A stretch of 32,000 bases of DNA from Candidatus Saccharimonadota bacterium (GTDB lineage: Bacteria; Pseudomonadota; Gammaproteobacteria; Enterobacterales; Enterobacteriaceae), in assembly GCF_012562765.1 (NCBI RefSeq), contig NZ_CP046226.1:180001-212000 (forward strand), read 5' to 3'. The position numbers and the translations under genes are program-made. Within the stretch, counting starts at the first letter, position 1, and each line of letters starts with the position of its first letter. Below, piece after piece: positions 19,281 to 29,469 of this stretch. The notes beneath the pieces are model-generated. The model saw only the letters and a program-made list of their open reading frames with translations, had not been told where the DNA came from and ran no database searches.

Positions 19281-20990
19281 TTATATATTATTAAAATTTA
19301 TTGGATAAAATAATTTTGTAATTGAAAATATTTTATTTTCAGAATATAATAATTCAAATTCCATTAATAAATCAATTATATTAAAATAATTCCATATTTT
19401 TTTAATATTTATTATATATTTAATAATCCATTTTAATATCTTTTTTAAAGATATATTCTCTTCAATTAAACAATATTTAAATAAATTTTTTAAAAAAATT
19501 TGCATATCAATATTTAATAATATTGATGGTACAGATATTAATTTAAGTTTAAATTTATTTAATTTATTAATAAAAAAATTAAAACCTAAACTTGTTAATA
19601 TTTTTTTTAATTTTATTAAAATACTTAATTCTTCTTTGATTAATTTTATTTGTAAATTTACATATATAATTTCAATATTATCTTGATTATCTAAATAAAA
19701 TTTATATTTCATTTTTAATAGTAAATATTCTATTTTTTTTACAGAAATATAAAATAAAATATTATTTTTTTCAATTATAATCCAAGTATTTTTTACTATT
19801 GTTCTTAATATACCAAAATTTTTAAAATAAAAAAGAGGAATATTTTTTATTATAACTATTTTTTTTTTCTTAATTTTATTAAATAAAGTATTATTATAAT
19901 GTATATCTATATTTTTTAGAGTTTCATTATTTAATTTATAATTTTTTTCATAATTATTATATATTTTATTTTTTTCAACAAAAATATTTTTATAAAATAA
20001 TGAATAATTTAATATACTTTTATGAAAAAAATTATAAATTAATTCTTTTTGATAAAAATTTACATTTTTTTTTTGAGGATGTATATTTATATCAATTTGA
20101 TTTGGTTCTATTTCTAAATACATTAAAAATGATTGATTATAATACAAACCAAATTTTATTTTACATATTTCTTTAATAATATGATTAATAAATTTACTAT
20201 TAATAACACGATTATTAATATAAAAATATTTTTTTATATTATTTGAATAATATTCATTTTGAGGTAAAGTAATCCAACCATATAAATTCATCTTATGATA
20301 ATTTGAATTTATTTTTAATGATTGCTTAATAAAATCTTTTCCACATATACTTTCAATTCTATTAATATAAGAAATATTATTTTCTATCTTAGGAAAATTA
20401 TAAATGATTTTATCATTATATATAAATTTAATACCTATATTTAATTTCATTAAAACTATAGATTTAATTATATTTTTAATATATAAAAATTCTATTTTAT
20501 TATTAAAAATAAATTTTCTTCTAACTGGAATATTATAAAATAAATCTAATACTTCTATTGTTGTTCCTACAGGATTTGGTGATGGTTTTAAATTTATTAT
20601 ATTATCCATTCCTTCTGTATATATTTCCCAAGCAATTTCTTGATGTATTGTTTTTGAAATAATTCTTATTCTAGATACATTTTTTATACTAGTTAATGCT
20701 TCACCTCTAAAACCAAAACTTTTAAAATATTCTAAATCATCTAAATTTTTTATTTTACTTGTTGCATATTTTTTTAAACATAATAATAAATCATCTTTAG
20801 ACATACCAATTCCATTATCATTAATTCTAATTAATTTCATACCACCTTTTTCAACATATATATTAATTTGAGATGATAAAGCATCAATGCTATTTTCAAT
20901 AAGTTCTTTAACTACAGCAGATGGTTTATCAATAACTTCTCCAGCAGCTATTTGTTTTATAATTTGTTTAGGTAATATTTTAATAGACAT
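19281..20990 (-). CDS. mutL: DNA mismatch repair protein MutL (conserved GHKL ATPase N-terminus, very diverged C-terminal half)
   Basis: 569 aa (E. coli about 615 aa). IKILPKQIIKQIAAGEVIDKPSAVVKELIENSIDA, DNGIGM and FGFRGEAL are present. It lies upstream of miaA as in E. coli. Confidence 0.88.
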   Translation of the reverse strand: MSIKILPKQIIKQIAAGEVIDKPSAVVKELIENSIDALSSQINIYVEKGGMKLIRINDNGIGMSKDDLLLCLKKYATSKIKNLDDLEYFKSFGFRGEALTSIKNVSRIRIISKTIHQEIAWEIYTEGMDNIINLKPSPNPVGTTIEVLDLFYNIPVRRKFIFNNKIEFLYIKNIIKSIVLMKLNIGIKFIYNDKIIYNFPKIENNISYINRIESICGKDFIKQSLKINSNYHKMNLYGWITLPQNEYYSNNIKKYFYINNRVINSKFINHIIKEICKIKFGLYYNQSFLMYLEIEPNQIDINIHPQKKNVNFYQKELIYNFFHKSILNYSLFYKNIFVEKNKIYNNYEKNYKLNNETLKNIDIHYNNTLFNKIKKKKIVIIKNIPLFYFKNFGILRTIVKNTWIIIEKNNILFYISVKKIEYLLLKMKYKFYLDNQDNIEIIYVNLQIKLIKEELSILIKLKKILTSLGFNFFINKLNKFKLKLISVPSILLNIDMQIFLKNLFKYCLIEENISLKKILKWIIKYIINIKKIWNYFNIIDLLMEFELLYSENKIFSITKLFYPINFNNI

Positions 20991-21013
20991 TTATTTTGTT
21001 AAATTATTTTTTA

Positions 21014-21090
21014 TGGAGCGGGAAACGAGATTCGAACTCGCGACCCCAACCATGGCAAGGTTGTACTCTACCAATCTGAGCTATTCCCGC
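21014..21090 (-). tRNA. glyV: tRNA-Gly (anticodon GCC), 3' CCA encoded
   Basis: The minus strand reads GCGGGAATAGCTCAGATTGGTAGAGTACAACCTTGCCATGGTTGGGGTCGCGAGTTCGAATCTCGTTTCCCGCTCCA. This is nearly identical to E. coli tRNA-Gly3, with one extra D-loop nucleotide. The anticodon loop is TTGCCAT. It lies downstream of orn, as glyVXY does in E. coli. Confidence 0.95.
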
Positions 21091-21144
21091 ATAATGAAAT
21101 ATATTTTAATTTGATAAAAAAATATATTTAATAAATAATATTTT

Positions 21145-21687
21145 TTAAATATTAAAAAAATTTTGTCTATAGAATTTTAATTCTTCTAATGATTGATATA
21201 TATCTTTTATAGCACTATGTCTATAATTTTTTTTAAAATTAATTAAATTATTTACTTTCCATCTTTTTACTAATTCTTTTATAGTACTTACATCAATATT
21301 ACGATAATGAAAATATTTTTCTAAATTAGGCATATAATTATATAAAAATCTTCTATCCTGACAAATACTATTTCCACACATAGGAGATTCTTGTGGATAC
21401 ACCCATAATTTTAAAAAATTTAAAATATATTCTTCAGTTTTTTCTTCATTAAATATACTTTGTTTTACTCTATTAATTAATCCAGTTTTTTTATGTATAT
21501 TTTTATTCCATTGATCCATATTATTTAATTCTTTTTTAGATTGATAAATTGCTATTATTGGTCCTTCTTTTAAGATATTTAAATTATTATCTGTAATTAA
21601 AATAGCTATTTCAATAATACGATTTAAATTAGGATTTAATCCTGTCATTTCTAAATCTATCCAAATTAAATTATTTTTTTTGATCAT
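21145..21687 (-). CDS. orn: Oligoribonuclease
   Basis: NLIWIDLEMTGL is identical to E. coli, and RIIEIAILITDNNLNILKEGP matches [21 protein letters not shown]. The DEDDh C-terminus contains H..A.DI. The start is placed at the second Met (MIKKNNLIWIDLE), giving 180 aa against E. coli 181 aa. The ORF-track start at 21717 adds 10 hydrophobic non-homologous residues. Confidence 0.9.
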   Translation of the reverse strand: MIKKNNLIWIDLEMTGLNPNLNRIIEIAILITDNNLNILKEGPIIAIYQSKKELNNMDQWNKNIHKKTGLINRVKQSIFNEEKTEEYILNFLKLWVYPQESPMCGNSICQDRRFLYNYMPNLEKYFHYRNIDVSTIKELVKRWKVNNLINFKKNYRHSAIKDIYQSLEELKFYRQNFFNI

Positions 21688-21944
21688 AAAAAATATAATG
21701 TATATTTTTAAAAACAATTAAATTAATAAAAATAAAATTTTCAATAAAATAAATTATAAATTTAAATAATTAATTTATTGATAAATTTTTTCATTATATC
21801 ATAATTGAATATTAATTCAATATAATTAGATCAACTATATCAAATAAATAGTTATTAAGATAAAAAATTACTAATAATAAGATTATTATTAAAAATAATA
21901 GTTATTTAATATTAATAAAAAGTATTAATTTTAATCTATAATAC

Positions 21945-22526
21945 CTAATTTTTATTTTTTAAACGAGCAACATAAGATTTATTTCTAATATCTATTTTAA
22001 CTTTATCACCTATTTTTATAAATGAAGGAACTTTAATTATTTCTTTATTACTAAGAGTTGCTTGTTTACTAACATTATTTATTGTTTCACTTTTTAAATT
22101 TATACTTGTATTTATAATGGTTAATTCAATAAAATTTGGTAAAGTAATAAATATAGGAGATTGATTCCAAAAAGTTATATTATAAAATTGATTAGGAATT
22201 AACCATTTATATTTATTTTTTATTATTAATTTATTAATTATTATTTGTTCAAAATTTTCTTTATACATAAAATAATAAAAATTATTTTTTTCATTATATA
22301 AATAAATTAAATTATTTTCTTTTATATCTGCAGTATTTAAAGAATCAGTTGATTTAAAAGTTTTATCAATTAATTTTTCAGTAATTAAATTACGCATTTT
22401 AATTCTGACAAATGCTTGTCCTTTTCCTGGTTTTACAAAATCACTAGATTCTATAGAATAAGGTTTATTTAAAAATATAAATTTCATACCAATTTTAAAA
22501 TTGTTACTAGAATAATTAATCATCAT
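21945..22526 (-). CDS. efp: Elongation factor P
   Basis: 193 aa (E. coli 188 aa). YSSNNFKIGMK and the modification loop SDFVKPGKGQAFVRIKMRNL (the Lys34 equivalent is conserved) are present, as are TLPNFIELTIINT and IKVPSFIKIGDKVKIDIR. Confidence 0.93.
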   Translation of the reverse strand: MMINYSSNNFKIGMKFIFLNKPYSIESSDFVKPGKGQAFVRIKMRNLITEKLIDKTFKSTDSLNTADIKENNLIYLYNEKNNFYYFMYKENFEQIIINKLIIKNKYKWLIPNQFYNITFWNQSPIFITLPNFIELTIINTSINLKSETINNVSKQATLSNKEIIKVPSFIKIGDKVKIDIRNKSYVARLKNKN

Positions 22527-22686
22527 ATATACCTTTAAAAAATAAATATAATAATGAATTTTATATTTAAAAAAATAATAAATAAAAAATATATTATTAT
22601 ATTTATAATATTATAAATAATTTAAATTTTAATTTTAAAATTATTAGTTATTAATAATATTATAATCTTACTTAAATAAAATAAAT

Positions 22687-22714
22687 GCTGTGCCTTTATA
22701 ATAAAAAGCACAGC
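22687..22714 (-). terminator. Rho-independent terminator downstream of groEL
   Basis: gctgtgc...gcacagc forms a 7-bp G+C-containing stem, extendable by A:T pairs, 56 nt after the groEL stop. On the transcribed strand it is followed by ATTTATTTTATTT. It is one of very few G+C-containing elements in the intergenic DNA. Confidence 0.6.
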
Positions 22715-22769
22715 AAATTATTTAACTATTTTGTATAAAATTAAAAATATACTTATAAATATATTTTTA

Positions 22770-24774
<2,005 letters not shown>

Positions 24775-24856
24775 TAAATAATTTTCCTTATAATTAAGTA
24801 TAGTTAATCAACTTTAAATTAAAATTAATTTATTTTATTAAGTAAGGTGACCTGAA

Positions 24857-24885
24857 ACATAAGGACATATTTTATCGGTTTCAAG
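24857..24885 (-). promoter_or_regulatory. Putative sigma32 (RpoH) heat-shock promoter of groES-groEL
   Basis: The minus strand reads CCTTGAAA-ccgataaaatatgt-CCTTATGT. The enterobacterial sigma32 consensus is CCCTTGAA(A) for -35 and CCCCATNT for -10. The -10 lies about 83 nt upstream of the groES ATG. The element stands out as a G+C-containing island in otherwise A/T-only spacer. Confidence 0.55.
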
Positions 24886-25039
24886 GTCTATGTTTTAAAA
24901 AATTTAAAATATAATTAATTATATAATAATTTAATGAAAAATTAATGAGAAATAGAATTTTTTTTATAAAAAGTGTAGGTTATAAAATATATTGTTTTAT
25001 TTTTTATATTATAAATAAAACTAAAATTAAAGGAATATT

Positions 25040-26317
25040 ATGATTTTTATTCAATTAGTTATTATTTTATTACTTATATATGCAGGTTGTAAATCAGGTG
25101 GTATGGCATTAGGTTTATTTGGAACTTTTGGAGTTTTAATTTTAACATTAGTATTTCATAATACAATTGGTAATATTCCATTTGATGTTATAGAAATTAT
25201 TTTATCTGTTATTATTACAATTTCTGTTGTTGATTTATCTGGAGGAACTGAATATTTAGTATATTATATGAATAAATTTTTATCTAAAAATAAAAAATAT
25301 ATTATTATTATTTCTCCTTTAATAACATATTTTATTACTTTATTATCAGGAACTGGACATACTGCACTTTCAATATTTCCTGTTATTATTAATATATCAA
25401 AAAAAAATGGTATAAAACCAGTATATCCATTATCAATATCAGTAGTTGCTTCTCAAATTGCAGTTACAGCTTCACCTATATCTGCGTCAGTAATTTATTT
25501 ATCAAAAATATTAGATCCATTAGGAATTAGTTATAATCAATTATTAATAATTTTAATTCCATCAACATTTATTTCAATTTTAATTACTTCAATAATAATA
25601 AATTTCTTTAATACTAATAAAAAAAATAATTTTTTAAATACTAATAATATTGTTTTTCCAAAAAAAATATTGAATAAAAAAAATGGTAGATATTCAATTT
25701 TATTATTTTTAATTGGAATTATAATAACTCTTATATATAATATTCTATGTGATTATGTTTTTTATAATAAAATAAAAATTTTATCAAGAACAGAATCAAC
25801 AATAATATTTATGTTAACAACTGCATTAATAATATCTTTTATATGTAAAATTAAAATTAAAAAAATTACTGATACAAATATTTTTAAATCAGGTATTAAT
25901 GCTTGTATTTGTGTAATGGGAGTATCTTGGTTAGGAGATACTTTTATAAAATCACATTTTCATGATATAAAATTTATTATTTTAAATATAGTACAACAAC
26001 ATCCTTGGATGTTATCTATTATTTTATTTTTTATAACATCATTATTCTATTCTCAAGCAGCAACAACAAAAGCAATAATACCTAGTTTAATTACTCTAGG
26101 AATTTCTCCAAAAATTATAATAGGATCTTTTACTGCAGTTTCTGCTCTTTTTCTATTTCCAATATATCCAACTTTATTAACTGCAGTAGAAATGGATAAT
26201 ACTGGTTCAACTAAAATAGGTAATTATATTTTTAATCATTCTTTTTTAATTCCAGGAATTATAATTACTAGTTTATCTATTATATTAAGCTTTTTTATAG
26301 AAAGAATGATATTATAA
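25040..26317 (+). CDS. dcuA: Anaerobic C4-dicarboxylate / aspartate transporter of the DcuA/DcuB family (best match DcuA by sequence and synteny)
   Basis: 425 aa (E. coli DcuA 433 aa). GNIPFDVIEII, TYFITLLSGTGH, VVASQIAVTASPISASVIY, YSQAATTKA and YPTLLTAVEMDNTGSTKIGNYIFNHSFLIPG align along the full length of E. coli DcuA. It is divergent from groES, as dcuA is in E. coli once aspA, fxsA and yjeH are removed. An AAGGA Shine-Dalgarno sequence lies 6 nt upstream. Confidence 0.88.
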   Translation: MIFIQLVIILLLIYAGCKSGGMALGLFGTFGVLILTLVFHNTIGNIPFDVIEIILSVIITISVVDLSGGTEYLVYYMNKFLSKNKKYIIIISPLITYFITLLSGTGHTALSIFPVIINISKKNGIKPVYPLSISVVASQIAVTASPISASVIYLSKILDPLGISYNQLLIILIPSTFISILITSIIINFFNTNKKNNFLNTNNIVFPKKILNKKNGRYSILLFLIGIIITLIYNILCDYVFYNKIKILSRTESTIIFMLTTALIISFICKIKIKKITDTNIFKSGINACICVMGVSWLGDTFIKSHFHDIKFIILNIVQQHPWMLSIILFFITSLFYSQAATTKAIIPSLITLGISPKIIIGSFTAVSALFLFPIYPTLLTAVEMDNTGSTKIGNYIFNHSFLIPGIIITSLSIILSFFIERMIL

Positions 26318-26360
26318 AAATTATTTATTAAAAATAATTTTTATAATTAATAATAAACTA

Positions 26361-26390
26361 TTGACGTTAGATATCAAATATTGTCATAAT
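26361..26390 (+). promoter_or_regulatory. Putative sigma70 promoter for tRNA-Phe
   Basis: A TTGACG -35 (26361-26366) is followed by an 18-nt spacer and an extended -10 TGTCATAAT (26382-26390), ending 15 nt before the mature tRNA 5' end. The near-consensus -35 containing G/C is unusual in this A/T background, although -10-like strings are common here. Confidence 0.4.
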
Positions 26391-26405
26391 AGAATTTATT
26401 TATAT

Positions 26406-26478
26406 GCCCGGATAGCTCAGTTGGTAGAGCAGTGGACTGAAAATCCCCGTGTCGGTGGTTCAATTCCACCTTCGGGCA
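26406..26478 (+). tRNA. pheV: tRNA-Phe (anticodon GAA), CCA not encoded
   Basis: GCCCGGATAGCTCAGTTGGTAGAGCAGTGGACTGAAAATCCCCGTGTCGGTGGTTCAATTCCACCTTCGGGCA is close to E. coli tRNA-Phe. The anticodon loop is CTGAAAA. The discriminator A is followed by TTT, not CCA. Confidence 0.95.
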
Positions 26479-26479
26479 T

Positions 26480-26989
26480 TTAATATTTTATTAATCCTAC
26501 TTTTAAATTAGTAGCTTTATATAATAATTTATTATCAATTATTGCTGTTCCTGTAGCAATTCCAATAATTATATAGTTTTTATTAATAATACGTTTTAAA
26601 TTAATATAATAAGTTAATTTTTTAGATATAGGTAATACTTCACTAATAAATTTAACATTTTGTACTCCTAAAGCTCTTCCTTTTCCTTTAAATCCTAACC
26701 ATCCTAAATAAAATCCAACTAATTGAAACATTGAATCTAAACCTAAACATCCAGGCATAATAGGATCATTAATAAAATGATAAGAAAAAAACCATATTTT
26801 TGGATTAATATATAAATTTGCTTCTACATATCCCTTGTTATATTCTCCTCCATCTTTTGTAATTTTAACTATTTTATCTATTAATAACATTTTACCAGAT
26901 GATAATTTTGGATTTTTATTATTAAATAATTTTCCGTAACTAGCAAAAATTAATTCTTTTTTAGAAAAAAAATTTTTTTTATATATCAT
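26480..26989 (-). CDS. fabA: 3-hydroxydecanoyl-[ACP] dehydratase / trans-2-decenoyl-[ACP] isomerase FabA
   Basis: 169 aa (E. coli 172 aa). [34 protein letters not shown] matches E. coli [34 protein letters not shown], with the catalytic His and Asp retained. C-terminal LKVGL is also present. Confidence 0.93.
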   Translation of the reverse strand: [169 protein letters not shown]

Positions 26990-27048
26990 TATATTAATAA
27001 TATCCTATATTAATATTATTTATAAAATTTTTATAATATTTTATACTT

Positions 27049-27090
27049 AAATAAGTAATACAGAAATATTAATTTCTGTATTACTTATTT
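27049..27090 (-). terminator. Long perfect hairpin downstream of ompA (putative terminator / 3' stabiliser)
   Basis: aaataagtaatacagaaat-atta-atttctgtattacttattt forms a perfect 19-bp stem (20 bp if 27048/27091 are included) with a 4-nt loop. It begins 31 nt after the ompA stop codon. Confidence 0.6.
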
Positions 27091-27121
27091 ATTATAATTA
27101 AATTTTAAAAAAATTAAATTT

Positions 27122-28180
27122 TTAAAAAAAATACTTCATATGATAAAATCCTGTAATATCTATTTCTACAATACGATCTGATTCTAAACATTTTTTTAAT
27201 AATTTATAATTATTTAATTTTTTACAAAATATATTTTGACTTGATCTAATACTTCCTAATCCTTGTACAAAAATATATTTTTTTAATATACCTTTTGAAA
27301 TTAAATATTCAGATACTGAATTCGCTCTTTTTTTAGAAAGAGATAAATTATATTTTTTTTTTCCAATAAAATCAGTTAAACCTACTATATGTATAGAAAT
27401 ATTTGGATAATTAATAGTATTTAATCTATAAATAATTTTATTTAATGTTTGTTTAGATTTTTCTTGTAAAGTAAAATCATTAAATTTAAAAAAAAGATCA
27501 GATCTTATATTAAAACGATTATTACTTAATTTTTTATAAAAAATTTTATCAAATATTTGAGCTGGTTTACTTTTATCAAAAAAATATGATAAACCAAAAA
27601 CTAACATTGAATTATTAGTTTCCTGACCAACGATATCATCATTACCAATTTTTCTTGTAAATTGATATTCTAATCTAGAAGACCAATTATTATTTATTTT
27701 ATATTCACTACCGAAAGAAATTAATGGAGTAGCACTATAAAAATAATTATAATTTGTAATTAGATTTTTAACATCTATACGTGTAATAATAGCACCTAAA
27801 CGACTATATAAATCTAAATTTCCATATATTGGACAAGAAATTTTTGTAGATAATTGTATTCCTTGTGCTTTAAATAAATTAGTTGAATTTTTGTATTTAC
27901 GGGAAATTAATCCTAACCAATCATAACCTAATTCAAAATTTAAATAACGATTTTCTTTATATCCTAAAAATAATCCACTACCTAATTTATTAATTTTTAA
28001 AAAATCTTTGGGATTAGTATTAAAACCTAAAAGATTATCATATTGTGACCATCCGATTTTTGATCCTAAATACCAATTATTTTTATTATTTTTAATAGTA
28101 TTAGCTATAACATCATTAATATTATAAAAAAAACTAATAAATATTGTTGCAATTACAATAACTATTTTTTTCATTTTCAA
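27122..28180 (-). CDS. ompA: Outer membrane protein A
   Basis: 352 aa with a signal peptide. NNWYLGSKIGWSQY matches E. coli DNTWYTGAKLGWSQY, and a beta-barrel half is present. The C-terminal OmpA domain LFFKFNDFTL...VGLTDFIGKKKYNLSLSKKRANSVSEYLISKGI is present. The conserved Cys pair (FCKK...KKCL) and DRIVEIDITG are also retained. Confidence 0.92.
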   Translation of the reverse strand: MKMKKIVIVIATIFISFFYNINDVIANTIKNNKNNWYLGSKIGWSQYDNLLGFNTNPKDFLKINKLGSGLFLGYKENRYLNFELGYDWLGLISRKYKNSTNLFKAQGIQLSTKISCPIYGNLDLYSRLGAIITRIDVKNLITNYNYFYSATPLISFGSEYKINNNWSSRLEYQFTRKIGNDDIVGQETNNSMLVFGLSYFFDKSKPAQIFDKIFYKKLSNNRFNIRSDLFFKFNDFTLQEKSKQTLNKIIYRLNTINYPNISIHIVGLTDFIGKKKYNLSLSKKRANSVSEYLISKGILKKYIFVQGLGSIRSSQNIFCKKLNNYKLLKKCLESDRIVEIDITGFYHMKYFF

Positions 28181-28336
28181 TACCTATTATTATAATAATA
28201 AAACTTATATAATAAAAATTACCAATATATAAATATTTAATTAATTAAATATTTAATTTTTTATAAATTTATTAGTATTTTATAAAGTAAAAATTAATTT
28301 TATTAATTATATAATTTATAATTAAAAATTATTTAA

Positions 28337-29344
28337 CTAATTTAATTTTTTAATAAAAAAAATACTATGTTTATCTTTTTTTAATCTTATTGAAGAAGAT
28401 AATATAAATTCTTTTTTTAATATTGCTTGTATCCAAATAGTATTATTTTTAAATTTTATTGAAGATAATATTCTTCCTCCTCTTGAACCTATTTCCCAAA
28501 TATCTTTTTTTTTATTATTTGAAAATTCTAATTGTTCATAAAATAAAGGTAAAAAATTTGCAGTACCTTCTAATAAAAATAATGATTTATTATATTTTTT
28601 TTTAGTTGCAGAAATACTAATTATTTCTTGTCCTAAATAACATCCTTTATTAAAGTTAATAGCATTAAAAAATTCCATATTAGATTCTTGAAAAAAAAAT
28701 TTAATACTATTATTTATATCAAAAATTGGATAACCAATTTCCATATTAAATTTAATCCATTGATCACTATCATATATTAATATATCTTTACTTCTTATAT
28801 TTTTTATTAAAAATTTTGCATATTCTGGATCTAAAATCATTAAAAATCTTTTTACAGGATTCATAAATTTTAAAAAAATATTATTTTTATAAATAAATAA
28901 ATTTTTTTTATTAAAATTAAAATTATAATGATTAAAAATTTGAGATAAAATTTTATCAGAATTTATTCCTGATAATCCTAAAACAATTTGTGATGTTTGT
29001 AATATAAAATTTATTTTATATAAATATATATATTTTTTAATTTGATTTAAATAATATTTTACAATATTTTTTCTTACTATATAACAATAACCATCTTTAT
29101 ATTTAAAAATATGCATATTTGTTAATATTTTTCCTTTAACATTACAATGTAATGCATGAAAAAAACATAATGGATTATTATCTAATTCATTAATATCTAT
29201 TGTAAGTTGATTTTGTAAAAAAATTTTACTATCAGGTCCTTGTATAATTATAAAACTCCATGTATTTAATAAAATTAATTTTAATAAATCATTAGAAAAA
29301 TCAACACAATTTTTGTAGTAAAAATATTTTTTTATATTAAACAT
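28337..29344 (-). CDS. ygfZ: tRNA-modifying / Fe-S cluster-related folate-binding protein YgfZ
   Basis: 335 aa (E. coli about 326 aa). The signature [30 protein letters not shown] aligns with E. coli [46 protein letters not shown] aligns with QQWLALNIEAGFPVID. Confidence 0.85.
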   Translation of the reverse strand: [335 protein letters not shown]

Positions 29345-29469
29345 ATGTTATTCAACACTTTAATATACTAATTAAAATATTATTTATAAAAGAATAAAAA
29401 TATATTTAATTAAAATATTACTAAAATATTTAAAATTATTTTTAAGTACTTTTATAAAAAATTTATTTT

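Noticed and set aside
24940-25039. -10-like TATAAA/TATAAT strings upstream of dcuA, and similarly upstream of most genes, considered as promoters.
   Set aside because: Such hexamers occur every few dozen bases in this composition. Without a distinctive -35 or a G+C-containing context they cannot be called from sequence alone.
26316-26342. An A/T-only hairpin (aaaaattattt ... aaataattttt) right after the dcuA stop, considered as a terminator.
   Set aside because: The stem has no G:C pairs, so it is thermodynamically weak, and it cannot be distinguished from chance symmetry in A/T-only sequence.
28230-28255. A perfect 26-nt palindrome, taaatatttaattaattaaatattta, in the ompA upstream region. 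It could be an operator or a 5'-UTR stem-loop.
   Set aside because: It is composed only of A and T. In essentially two-letter intergenic DNA, a 13-bp perfect arm has roughly a 1 in 8000 chance per centre. With a few thousand intergenic positions, about one such palindrome is expected by chance.
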